Shown: positions 1 to 14,265 of the stretch, in pieces
Layout of the letters: every line of letters begins with the position of its first letter
Numbering within the stretch: position 1 is the first letter of the stretch
Origin: the human T2T-CHM13v2.0 reference genome, Homo sapiens
Assembly (NCBI RefSeq): GCF_009914755.1
Contig: NC_060932.1
Strand: one strand, 5' to 3'
Length of the DNA stretch: 64,000 bases
Translations under genes and position numbers: made by a program
Notes under the pieces: generated by a model
The model's input: only the letters and a program-made list of their open reading frames with translations
Databases searched by the model: none
Told to the model about the DNA's origin: nothing

Positions 1-94
1 TTGTTACTATTGTTGCAAGAAGTAGGGACCAGTAACTACAGTATAGTCTACTATAATAAATAGTACTAATATAGCATAAATATATAGAGTACAC

Positions 95-381
95 AGATAG
101 TCCCTGACTTATAATGGTTCAATGTAGGATTTTTCCACTTTACAATGTGTTTATCAGGATGTAACCCCACCTCAAGCTGAGGAGCTCCTTATGTCTCATG
201 ATGGGGTTCTGGTTTCTACTAAACAAGTATCACTTTTGCAACCAAAGTAAGGTCGAACCATCCTAAGTTGGGGACCATCTGCTGTGTTGCCAGCATTAAA
301 TCCATTTTCCACTCACAATATTTATGATTTACAATGGGTTTATCTGGCCATAGTTCCACCATAAGTCAAGGAGCATCTGTA
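95..381. mobile_element. TcMar-Tigger MITE (Tigger4/MER46-like)
   Basis: Terminal inverted repeats cagatagtccctgacttat... and ...ataagtcaaggagcatctg followed by TA. Confidence 0.7.
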
Positions 382-1156
382 GTCTACTAAAAAGTAGACT
401 TCATGGAAATAATCATATAATGCATACACAGCCAAGTGATAATCACTGATTCTGGTGCTAGAAAGAAATGGATGTCCTGTACTTTTCTGTGTCCCAGAGA
501 ATACCCAGTGATACCAGTTTTTGACTAGACAGGAAGTTTAAATAAACATTTCAACACAGTAACCTCATGTTTCCAGTCTCCCTTATGATAATCCTTTGTT
601 TTTTATCATTCTTATTTTACCTTTCATTTTCTTGTTTTATATGGATTGTTATATATGGATTAAAGTCCTTTTTGTAAGTAGCGAAAGTATACATTACTAA
701 CAAGTATATTTGAAAAAACTGGTTGCTAACATTTTCTGAATTACGAAAGGTTGAAAATTTTTTAGAACTGACTGCTTAATTTCTTTCTAAATGAGATCAC
801 AGTAAGAGCACAGAATCAGATCTATGACTCTCACCAATCTGTAAAAAGTGGTCAACATGTCTCCTTTGATGGTGGCTCCCATTAGAGAAAAATGCTTACA
901 AAGCACTCTCCCAAGGTCAAGCTGAAGAAACATTTATGCCACTAACACTCTCAGCAAGCAACACTCACCACAGAGCCATGCAAGCCTCTCTGCATCATCG
1001 CACACATTCTTCCCAAGGGTGGAGGAACGGCTAGGCTTGTATGTTTCAGGTGTGTAAAAAGCAGCTGGCCATGTTTGGCTGTCATTCCTTTCTCTTTTCC
1101 TCTGGGATGTGCCTACTTTAGTCTGGGAGTCACACACATTGACTAGGCTCTATTCA

Positions 1157-1447
<291 letters not shown>

Positions 1448-1659
1448 TTACTCCATATAGTTTTCACAAACACCCAAAAGTCCCAAAGTCATGCAGCTCA
1501 AAAGAGAGTAGAATGAACACTGAAAAAAAAATTGTATCTTTCTATAAACCCAAATTCCTATGCAATAAGTTCATTTAAAAGGCAAACTAAGTCAAGAGGT
1601 TCCTTTTTGGTAAAGAATTTTACCTCATGGTTAAAAAAACTATGATCTAAGTCAAACCA

Positions 1660-2520
1660 ATTAATACCACCTCTCCTCTCCATTTCAAGCTCTCATTTGC
1701 CCCATTAGGTTCATCACTCCCTCCTTGAAACTTTTCTTTCTTGGTTTTCAACACCCTGGGGACCTGACCCTAGTTTGCCCCCACCACCTTTGTTGGCCCC
1801 TCCTTCGCTAATCCATTTTCCACCATTTTATCGCTAAATTGGTGGACCTCAGGTCCAACTCCAATATCTCCTCTTTATCTCCACTCTCCGCTAAATGATC
1901 TCATCCATTTCTATCTAACCCTAGCCTAAAATGCCATGTTCATGTTGAGGGGTCTCCATTTATAACTTGCTCATGAAGCAGGTTCGTGCCACCTGACATT
2001 TGTCTGTATGGTAACAGACAACTCAAACACGGTGAAAGGAAAATGTCAGACCTTTCTATGCCTATTTCCAAATTATGCCACTTCCAGTCTTCCTGGCAAC
2101 AGTAAATAATGCCAGCACTCAGCTAGCCTCAAGGGAAAACGAATTCTTCTTTTCCCTCTACCCACACTCCCGAGTCAGCTATTCTTCTGCCTTTAGACAA
2201 CACTATCCACACCAACATCCACTCTCCTGTGGGTGTAAGAAAAGCCACCTGACTGGCCTGCCTGCCTTTTTTTCCTATGATAATCCACCCTCCACAGGCA
2301 GCCAATGAGCTTCCACCACTCTGGACCTTATGCCTGATCTGGGAATGACCAAAGTTCTCTTCAGCCTAAAGCCTTTTGTATTTATTGTCTCTCTGTATGA
2401 AAAAATGCTGCCACTAAATCTTGATGTGGCAAGTTCTTTTATATCACTCTGGTCATAATTTAGATGTTGCCTTGGCAGAAAGTTCTTCCTTACCACCATA
2501 CCTACAGTAGATGCCCTTCC
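1660..2520. mobile_element. Degenerate L2-like LINE remnant
   Basis: Pyrimidine-rich sequence resembling the L2 3' region, for example gatctcatccat and cacctgacatt. Confidence 0.45.
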
Positions 2521-2672
2521 CACAACCAGTAACTTGCCACCACATCACAAACTATAATTAATAAATTTGGTTTTGGTTTGACCTGCCCCTTCTTCTTATG
2601 TTTCCATGAAGGTAGCTAACAGTGTCTGGTACAAGGTGAGGGCTTTATTTTACCAAAAAAAAAAAAAATTGA

Positions 2673-2968
2673 GGCCCAGTGCGGGTGGCTCACGCCTATA
2701 ATCCCAGCACTTTGGGAGGCTGAGATGGGTGGATCACTCGAGGTCAGGTGTTTGAGGCCAGCCTGGCCAACATGGTGAAACAGCGTCTCTTCTAAAAATA
2801 CAAAAATTAGCCAGGCGTGGCGGTGCACACCTGTAATCCCACCTACTTGGGTGTCTGAGGCACAAGAATCGCTTGAACCCAGGAGGCAGACGTTGCTGTG
2901 AGCCGACATGGCACCACTGCACTCGAGCCTGGGCAACAGAACAAGACTGTCTCCAAAAAAAAAAAAAA
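2673..2968 (+). mobile_element. Alu (S-type)
   Basis: Full dimer with poly(A). A-rich TSD ending in ttga on both sides. Confidence 0.95.
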
Positions 2969-3100
2969 GTTGAATAAATCCACCAAATATCTTACTGCAT
3001 AAGTATTTAATTCTTCATAATTACATAGTCTTAAATCCCAAGCATAAAAGCCAAACACCATAAGTCATAATTCAATCAGAAAATATGAAGAGCTACTTAC

Positions 3101-3224
3101 GGAGTCCCACAGAATCTGGTTTGCCATTATCATTCTTACTTGGTTGCACAAGTGGAGCAAATGAAACAGCAAGGATATTTTTACTTTCCCAAGTGTTCTG
3201 TCCAGTTCGCATAATCTGTGTTAA
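3101..3224 (-). CDS. PCMTD1: PCMTD1 coding exon (124 nt)
   Basis: Acceptor tttctctaaatag|TTAAC and donor CTCC|gtaagt. Encodes LTQIMRTGQNTWESKNILAVSFAPLVQPSKNDNGKPDSVGL (PIMT post-III motif VSFAPL) in frame with the previous exon. Confidence 0.95.
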
Positions 3225-4504
3225 CTATTTAGAGAAAAAAAAGAAAGAAAGTGAACAACTTAATCCCAACAATGTGGTCACCTTACAGTCAAAACTTTGT
3301 TTTAAGGGAACAACTGCCAGTTAGAGCTACACAATCACTTAAATGTAAATGTGACCAAATTAATTCCATTTAAATATTTACTATAAGATATAAAAGGAAT
3401 GGAAATATTTGCTGTTAATACAGATGTTTTAATGCAAATGGGATACTCAAATATGGCCAAGTGAGTCTGCAATGTTAGATCTGTGGTCTGACAGTGTCTA
3501 GGAGAAGCACTACAATCTATACATGCCATTGCCTTTCAAAATACATGTCTGAGACAGGTGCAGTAATTTGGTTAAGGCATTATAGTAATAAGACCATATT
3601 TTGACTACATGTTGACTTCATGCTCTTCCATGATATTAATGGAATATAGATTCTAATTCGACCCCCAACTTGATATTTCACAAATAAATGTAATTACAAA
3701 GAGACTAGGAGTTTTATCATTTCAGCAAATGCCCATCACTGGTCACGGGAAAAAAATATTAGCTCAATACACATCTTGTTCAAGTTTAATTAGTATATTC
3801 AACTTCTATCACAAAAAGCAGCTCGTTATTATATCTGATGTTTGTAAAATAGTATAGAGTAAATGTTTAACAAAATATTGATGAGGAAGTCATATTTTAC
3901 GTATTTGAAAATGTATCGTTAAAGAAAAACAAAATAAAAAACAAATTGTTTAACTGGGAGTTTAAGCCCTGGAAGCATTCTAATAACATTTCCATGAACT
4001 TTTAAAAATGAATATTTATATACTCTGCCTTTTTAATATCTGACAAATGACTTGCTACAGAGCACAGTACATGGTGATAGTGAGATCCACTGAGCTGCCA
4101 ATGACACATGGTGATGTTAAGGGAACCCCAAGATGTATAAACTCCACAACTATCATGCTAGGTCTCAGTCATCTTAGATACTCTACCTCTACTATACAAC
4201 TACAAGGTTATTGTAAACATTTCAGATTTCAGTTAACGTGAATATTGGAGATATTTTTTAAATGTGTTTTTATTAACTTTTTAAAGTAATTTGCTTTTGA
4301 AAGGTATACCCATTTTCTGAGTAAATTAGTATTTTATTCATTATACCTAATAATTCCAAACCAAGGCTAAAAAAATAAATTTAATAATGCTCATAAATAG
4401 CTGCAGAATATTTTCAAATGAGTCTATTCGGTACTAATGAAGATTTTTTTAGTTCACTTGTTTATTAATGAAGTTAAGTAGTTCAAAATCAAACCACAAA
4501 CAGG

Positions 4505-4800
4505 ATTTATTTTCTTTTCTGAGACAGGGTCTCACTTTGTCACCCAGGCTGGATACAGAGGCACAATCATGGCACACTGCAGCCTCAACCTCCCGGGCTC
4601 AAGTGATCCTCCCACCTCAGCCTTCTGAGTAGCTGAGACTACAGGTGCATCACCATGCCTGGATAATTTTTGTATCTGTTTGTAGAGACGGGGTTTCGCC
4701 ATGTTGCCCAGACTGATCTTGAACTCCTGGGCTCAAGCGATCTGCCTGCCTCAGCCGCCCAAAGCGCTGAGATTACAGGCGTGAGCCACCATGCCTGGCT
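4505..4800 (-). mobile_element. Alu (J-type)
   Basis: Reverse-strand dimer flanked by aggattt repeats. Confidence 0.92.
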
Positions 4801-5094
4801 AGGATTTCCTTTCAGTATGTTCAAAGAACTGAAGAATATGGGAAACTGAGCAACTAGTAGAGATCATCACATTCAACTTCTGGGTAAGCAAAACAAAGGA
4901 GGAAGCAGCTTGCTGAACACCAGGCACAGGGAGTAGCTGAGCTGAGTTGAAAGCCCAAGTTACCTCCAGTCATAGTAGAGAGATCTTTTCTCTATCTCCT
5001 TTGTTTAAATAATTAAGATGTTTCAAGTTTTTTCTAAACAAGATAAATCTGGTGAAAAGTAATTTTTTCTTTAAAAGTTACAATATACCTTTCA

Positions 5095-5367
<273 letters not shown>

Positions 5368-7857
5368 TCAATTAAGCAAAACATTAGATCTAAAAAATTT
5401 ACCATAATCCAGTCCTTTGAAATAATGACGTTACCCAAATTAATTATAAGGATAAAATGATTATAAACTTTATTTAAATATAATATTTATTAAGTTTAGC
5501 ACTCATCAAATGTATTGTTATATTATCAATGACATAGGACGGACATGTGTTTTCAAAACATTAACATTTTTGCCCACACTGAAACCTCACTTAGGTCTTC
5601 AGAAGTAAATATAATGAAAAGTCCATCACAACCTCAATATTGTGACACCCCCCAAAATAACATAACAATGAGAATCATAAGGATCAATAAATGAGAAAAG
5701 GCTTCACTTTGCATTGTCCTTTCCAAAAAAGGTGAGGGGCCAGCAGAAATGAGAAGGGTTTGTGTAGAATTCATCTCAGTTTGACATTTTTGCTGAAGGT
5801 CAAAGTGGGAGAGCTTTATCAAAAAAAGATACGAGTGTCCTGAGCACATACCCCTGCAACCAGTAAGGTTAGGAAGAGTTTCTAATAAATTTTGGCTGAG
5901 GAACATCACTGAATGGGACAAAGACCAGAATTAATACTATTTTTTTCATATTGCTGCTTTGGCCCCGATGATCTCCCTAAGCAACAAGAGATATGATTTC
6001 AAAGGTATTTTATCTGGGCTGCTTGTTCCTGGTAATAGTGTTGGTTCATGGTACACGGAGTTATGCTTTTACAAACTATCCTATTTGGACTTCTACTTTA
6101 TTTCTTAAATTTTGATAAAACTGAAAACAGGCTCTAATATAAACGTAATTAAAACCCCAATGCACTAATAAGACAGGTAATCTTTTTAAAATTAATTCGT
6201 ATCCTTTCACTTTTAAGTTGAATAAAGTTAATATGATCATAGAGCAAAAGCACACTATTTGAGGATGAAATAATTCATATTAAAAGGTTTAGCATGCAGT
6301 TAAAAATAACACTGATTTGAATCACAATCATTTTTACTCTGTAAAATATACCCTGTCCTTTAGTAATTAATAGACTTATTACACAATAAGTTTCCATTCA
6401 GAGTCACTAAAACACATACACATTATAAACATCTATTTCCTAAAGAAGAAAATTTACCAAAATATATGCCCTGCCCTTCATTTCTTGTCTTTTTGTTGGA
6501 AGGGTATAAAAGGTGGGGTGGGAAGGGTCAAGGGTGTCCCTGTACTATTGTCTTCATGCCCCCACGCTAAGGCAGTCCATGCCCCATTATTTCTTTTACT
6601 ATAACTGTCACCTCACTGATCACATTTTTCAGGGCTCTCTTCCATCCCTCTGCTCTCTACTGCGCAGGATAAGTTCAAGCTCCTAGGAGTGCTACGGGGG
6701 AATCTTTATGAGTCTACCATCAAGTCTTTCTACTAGACTCCTTTCCTGTCTCTGCCCCAGCCTGAACGTACTACTCTGCAGGCAGACTGAATTACTTGCT
6801 TCTAATTCCTTACAGGAACCATCACACAGTGTTTTGAAATCCTGTATCTGTGTATGTGCTGTTCCCTTAACTTAAAATATCCTTCCCCTCTCCTTCTACC
6901 CTTAATAAATGCCTGATATCCCTTCAAGATATAGTTGAAATATCAGCTTTGCAATGAAATCTTACTCAATTCTTTAATAGCATCTCATCCTTTCTACTTG
7001 CACAGCACACACAAAATGTGAATTTACCTAGGTTAGAGAATCATATTTAATTTCTCTTTTATATTCAAAACTATGCCATAATCTCGGATTGTTTAAAATA
7101 TGGCCAAAATATAATTTTTGGCTTTTAAGTAATTAGATACTGTAGATCACATGGTTTAATCATCTTATCAAATTCACAGTAAGCATTCTTTAATAATAAG
7201 TTGGACTATTTCAGTATGGTCTATCTAAAAATTTTACAGAAATTCATTTTAAATGCTTTAATTTTATAATAATTTATTTCAACCTCATAATTTTCAGGAT
7301 GAATGTGACTAGGGAATTTAAATAATTAAAAATTTTTGAATTATTAAACCACTTTATCAAACATGTTAAATCAACTAAAAAATATGCTTACAGTTTTAAA
7401 AGCTTCCTACTAGTTAAAAATATGTGGTAGCTTACAGAACTACTGCCAAGGAAATCACCATTACAGGTAATGACAACTTACAATTAAAACCACTTTTCAT
7501 TAATTAGTAGTATTTTATACATGTTCATCACAGCAAAATAAATTAGAAATAATTTAGTGTGTGATTCTAAAATTAAATGTGTGACACTGGGCAAGTTACC
7601 TTATACCACTAATTGCACACTTCCTTCAGTCAAATACTATTTATTGACCACTAGCTTTGTGCAATGACTGAGAATACAATGGGAGACACTCGTGTCTATA
7701 TCTAATGGAAGAGACAAACATCGAACAATCCTACTAATTGAAATATAAATTACAACTGTGATAAATGCTCTTAAAGGGAAACTGACAGGCATGGGGATCA
7801 GAGAAGGGCTCCCTGAGAAATGGCAAGCTGGGATCTGAAAGATGAGACAGGACAATC

Positions 7858-8020
7858 TAGAGCTGCACTATCAAGATGAAAGCCACCAACCACTGTGACA
7901 AGTAAACCCTTAAAATGTGGCTAGTTCAAGTTTAGATCATCTGTAATGCGCATGGGTTTTCAGAGACTTTTTAGAACAATGTAAAATATCTAATTCTTTA
8001 TATTTGCATATTAAAATATA
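7858..8020. mobile_element. MER3-like hAT-Charlie MITE
   Basis: agagctgcactatc...agccacca...aaatgtggctagt resembles MER3. Confidence 0.55.
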
Positions 8021-8384
8021 CATACTTTTTAAGTCACCTAAAATGAAAATACTAAATAACTATCCTTTTACTTAATAAAGAGTTGCTTCTAATACTTTCT
8101 TATCACAATCTTCCCTTTGAAACATTTTTAAAATTTTCCTGCTGTCTTTGAATATTTCTTCTGAATTTAATTGTATCTCCATCACCTATTAGTCCTCAAA
8201 ATACATTTATTAAATAAATGAACTAAATTAAAAAAAAGAAACATAAATGTTTTAACTTTTCTACCTACCAACGCTGAATATGAACCCAAATTTGACAAAT
8301 TAAAAATCTCAGGAGTAGAAGAGAAGCTTTTCTAGAAATAAAGTTACAGAAAAAGCATATGCTTATGGTACTTCTTCTAATTGT

Positions 8385-8520
8385 TTTAATTTTTAAAATA
8401 CAGACACAGAGTCTTGCTATGTTGCCCAGGCTTGTCTTGTACTCCTGGCCTCAAGTGATCCTCCCACTCCAGCCTCCCAAAATGCTGGGATTCCAGGCAT
8501 GAGCCACTGTGACCAGCCAC
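8385..8520 (-). mobile_element. Alu monomer (FLAM-like)
   Basis: Left-arm-only Alu flanked by the TSD tatggtacttct. Confidence 0.85.
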
Positions 8521-9404
8521 CTATGGTACTTCTCTGTAGTAATACAATGGTTTATGTTTTGTTAAACTGGTTACTGTAATAACTGGAGCTTCATGTTACA
8601 GAATACAGTTTTTTCCCAACAGGCCAAAAAAGGAAAAACAAAACAAACTCTTACCTCTAATGAATAATCAACTCTCCTATAACTAAATGACAGGTTTTTC
8701 TTGGGCCAGGGGGGCCTTTCTGAAGATCTCAAATCAACCATCCTTATTATTCTAGTAAACAACATGAATGTTTTTCCCTCCAATGTAAAGCAGAACAAGT
8801 ATAACTACTTCTATCTAAGGGAAATTATTAATACAAAGGATAACTGCAGAGAAAAATCAAATCTCTAAATTAATAAATTTCTAGTAATTGCAACTCCACT
8901 TCTAGCAAACACAAAAGGGGTCTTCATACTTTCCTTTAACATGTTTAAATTGATTTCCTTTACCAGAATACTCAAATTTGAAAGTTTCCTTGAATTTAAG
9001 ACAATATTCAAAAAGGGATATACTATTACTAAATTTAAAAATAAAAATTGAAAGATATAAATAAAATTGGACAAAAAAGGATATCTTTAAATGTTAGCAC
9101 TAAAAAATCTAGAACATATTAGAGAACTCATCTGCCAAACACACTACAAAGAAAACTGTAACACTACCAATTTTAGTGTCCTAAGGATTATTATTTAAAT
9201 ATGGCTTAACCTTTTCTAGCCATAATACATGGAACTTCACAATCAGTTAAAGAAAAAAGCTCTCAAACTGCATATTCTCACTTTTTTTCAATCTGTAAAG
9301 CGATTATGGATTAACTTTCCAATAAAGTACTTATAATATGAACTTAGGTTTTTCTGACTGGGCACACTGTTAAGAATCTTAGACGTTTTGTATTCTGATA
9401 CTAA

Positions 9405-9732
<328 letters not shown>

Positions 9733-9845
9733 ATAACTTACTTTTATACAGCATTTCATGTAAACAAATTCATACCAATCAGGTTATAGAGTGGCCAAAA
9801 TTTCAGTTAATATTTTTTCCAAAAGTCTATGATTACAATTTTTCA

Positions 9846-10147
<302 letters not shown>

Positions 10148-11090
10148 AATTCAGGTAAATGTTTACTGATATTTATATATATATTTATATATGTGAATAA
10201 CTAGATGACTGATTCAAGACACAGATGGTGGCTACCATGTTGTCGAACACAGTAAATTACAACTCCTATTGATTCTTCCAAAGTAGAGAAAAAAATAAAC
10301 ATTTTTCCTCCTTAGGCCTTGACTATCTTCTGAAAACTGTATGTTACCTAAGTTTCCATAAACCTATAGAGGTAAAGGACATATTTTAAACTACAAATAC
10401 AATTTCTGTATAATCTCTAAGACTGAACAATAAATTCAACGAAAGTTCTCAGTTTATCACAAAATAATACTACACTATTTATAAAATTACACACATAGGT
10501 TAAAAATGGTGAAAGAGAAAATCTGAAATCTACCTTTTTATATCAACGACACAATAAATGAAATCTGAGAAGGAAAAAAATGGCAAAAAGTCTACTAAAA
10601 TGATACTTAATATGTGTTTATAATTACTCGTAAAAGAATGGTTGGCGTGTTCCTTCCCTAATTGTTATACTTGATTTAGGAGTTCATTAAAATTTTATGT
10701 TTGTAAGTAAAATAAAAAGTAGCAATCATTTTTATTCTTTGAAAAAAAAATGTTCAAAACAAAATTTCCAAGATAGAGATGACCCACACTCCTAAATTAC
10801 ACTACCAAAAATGTTATATGTATACAGAAGGAAAAAAAAATCAACAGTCCTGAAATGTGTATAATAACCACAAAATCATTCATTCTAAGCTTATAATCAT
10901 TTATTGATTTAAACCTGAAAATCCAATGAATATTCTCAGACTCTCTTAGGCAGATAAGGAAAAGTAATTGACATACTCTTAATAAAATGTACCCTGAAAA
11001 TCATTTATGAAAAAAATATAGAGCACACAGATATCTCGGTTTAGAACATGAAGACTTGCCCAAAATAACACCAGGATTCTAATCACTTAC

Positions 11091-11209
11091 CTTAGCAGTG
11101 GTTTTCTTTATAGGTGCATGTTGGAATATCTTCATCTTGAGATGGACAGATGATTTCGTTCACAGCAGGGACCTTGCCAACTTGCCCATATAATTCTTTT
11201 GATAAGCTG
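11091..11209 (-). other. Candidate alternative exon (cassette with a premature stop, or internal first exon)
   Basis: Perfect donor AAG|gtaagt at 11091/11090 and a weak tandem acceptor ctcctag|cag|. Confidence 0.45.
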
Positions 11210-13465
11210 CTAGGAGATCAGGGTGACCTAGCCTTGCCCTGTAGCTTCCCTCTTAGACGGATAGTCTAGGTCTAGGAGCTGACTGAGAGTAGAAAAAACA
11301 ACATTCCCCTTCAATACACTGTTGAAGTGGGGCTGACAATTTGCACACCTAGTTTATCACGTGCCACAGGATGCTGTTATTGAAATTTTAGACAATTATT
11401 CCAGTGGAATAGAGAAATTTCAAGGACGTGGAAAAGAATCCTACCTTGTTCTCACACCTCATCCAAAACAACCTGCCAAATGAATCAAAAAACTTCTTTT
11501 TCTTGAAATACTTTGTCAAAATACACATTTTGAGTTTTAAGAGCCATGACTGCTTTATTAAGACAAAATAAAACTTCAGACTTTTCCATTGTGAAGAAAA
11601 CCAAGGGAAATGTTAAACTCTTGATCTCCAGATACACTGATACCATTCAAGGACTCTTGCAATCAATAATTAAGCTATTTAATTACAATTTTTTGAAAAA
11701 CAAACCTTTACATTTTCAAGTGTTTTCCATTTCAAATGAATCAAAGTCATCTCAGAATAATTCAAGCATTATTCCAAGTAATGTGTTTCAAGTAAATACA
11801 GTTACTGTTCATTAAAGAAAGCATCAGAGAAATTCATAGTAACAAAAACAATCTCCAAACAGTTTACAGGAAATGTGACAGGTAAGTCATATAAAGGTGA
11901 GCCTTTTATTGCTGAAATTGTATTTCAACAATTTCTTCTCCTAAAAATGTGTTTGAAGCCATGAAATTTTTCCCCATGCCATTTCTAACAGAGGTTAAAA
12001 CATATAACCGATAGTCCTGACAACTATTTTCAAGGATTTCTGTCTCAACATCTGAATGTCTGTCATAATTTTAAAATGTATTTACGTATCTGTCATAACT
12101 TTAAAGTATATTTACAATCTCTAACAATTGTTATAAAACTACTTCTAAACATTATTAGAATACCAAAATGTTCACATATTTGAGAAATATTTTGGAATAA
12201 TATTGAATATATAATGAATTATATATAGGAAAACTCCTTTAAATAAGTGTAATTCTCATAAAGATGAAGTGAATAAAAGATGACAGAATATAGAAGCATC
12301 TAATTTTCAAATGCAAATCATATGTGAAAAATGAACACATAATTTAAAATAAAATTAGGATAGTAGATATGACCATGTCAACTAAATCTTCTAAAATACA
12401 AAAGTCTAACTCTACATATAAAACTTATACCTCAACCAAATATGAGTAATGAATTGCCTCCCCCACCCATCCCTGACCCCAATAAAAATTCATGCCATAG
12501 GCAAGTCTCATTAATGAACAAGGTATGCTCTTTAATATAAATGCTATAGTGAATTAAGTGCATTAACAGCATTCCTTAATTCTAATGTGAAAAAGGTAAA
12601 TGATGAAAATAAAAGTACTCCTTCAACTTTCCTATCTAGGAAACTTTCCTATACAAGTTGCTAGGCTGTAATTCATTGATGGCAGTAACTTGCTGGAAAG
12701 AAATATTAGAATAAATCAACGTTTACATCATAAGAGCCAAACAGAACTAAGTAAGAAGACTCCCAGGCTCAGGTTACAGCCTCTTTTTCTAACCCTCAGT
12801 TTTCTCATCTGGGAAATGTGAACACCAATTAATATTGTCTCTAGAACTGTGGATAAAACATTTAGAATGGTTAACACTAATGAACAGACAAATGCATATT
12901 AGGTGCTATTATTTTTTATCATCTCATTATTGTTTTCATTACTCATATCATGACTCATTTATATGGCAAACTATACAGAGACAATGGTCTTCCATTCATA
13001 TGGAATGAAAATCTCCAATGATTCAAACTACATTATACTCATTTGGCTACTGACACTGTCATACTTTCAAAGTCACAGCTATAAGTCACCTAAAAGGGGA
13101 CGAATATAGGATCTATTGGCCTAATTAATGCTTTACGAGAAAATGGCCCTCTCCAAAGCATGCATTCCAGGGAGCCAAATCAAATACATACATGTATATG
13201 CATTACATATGTGTGGCTATAAATAAATGCTATACTAATAATTCATTTTGAAAGTATTTACATGGTAAAAAGTTTATACTTCAGGCTCCTTTAACATACT
13301 CTTCTAATAAAGCTGGAGATATTTTTTTAACTGTACATGAGCAAATACTGACTCATAATTTGACTTTCCCAATATCCTCCTTTCCTCTCAAAAGCCAGAT
13401 ATCTAAAGGCCTTTACTTGTCTAGCTAAAAACAGGATGTTTAGGAGAGAATGTATAAAAGTACAA

Positions 13466-13695
13466 TAGGAGTCAGCAAACTGTTTACAGACAGTAGGCCA
13501 AGTCCAGACTACAGCTCGTAAACAGAGTGTTTTTGTAAATAAAATGTTACTGGAACACCCTCAAGCCCGTTCATTTTCATGGCATTTGCATCCAGTTTTA
13601 TACTGCAAAGGCAGAGTCAGGTGGTGGCAACAGAGACCATCTAGCTTAGCAAGCCTAAAAGATTTACTAACTGGGATTGTGGGAAAAACTTGCCA
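13466..13695. mobile_element. MER58-like hAT MITE
   Basis: aggagtcagcaaact...ttttgtaaataaaatgttactggaacac resembles MER58A. Confidence 0.6.
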
Positions 13696-13979
13696 ATGTT
13701 TCAGAGGACCCTTGAAATCACATCATTTTTATAAGAGAATTTCAGTGAATTTTAAAATACCATATGTATCAACGGAATACATCAGACATGAAACTTCCCC
13801 CTTCCCTCCCATCTCCAGTACAGTAAATCTAGTGCTATGTACTCTCCACATTATTTCATTTGATGATATAAGACTAAGACATACAAAGTTTAAAAGTACT
13901 TACAATACTTTTTTTTAAAGAAAGAATACTACTTTCAAAACACAGGAATCAAGCTCTATACAACATAAAAACATGTTTG

Positions 13980-14265
13980 TATTTTATTTGGAGAAAGGGT
14001 CTCACTCTGTTGCTCAGGCTGGAGTGCAATAGTGCAATCTTGGCTTACTGCAACCTCTGCATCCTCCCACCTCAGCCTCCCAAGTAGTTGGGAATACAGG
14101 TATGTGGAACCATACCCAGCTAATTTTTCTAATTTTTTTTTTTTTTGTAGAGACAGGGTTTTGCCATCTTTGCCCAGACTGGTCTCAAACTCCTGGACTC
14201 AAGCAATCTGCCCGCCTTGGCCTCCCAAAGTGCTATGATTATAGTGTCAGCCACCACACCCAGCC
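13980..14265 (-). mobile_element. Alu (J-type, internal deletion)
   Basis: Reverse Alu flanked by tttgtatt repeats. Confidence 0.9.

Noticed and set aside
3085-3324. Plus-strand ORFs overlapping exons (also 5233-5460)
   Set aside because: They are antisense shadows of PCMTD1 coding exons with no independent support.
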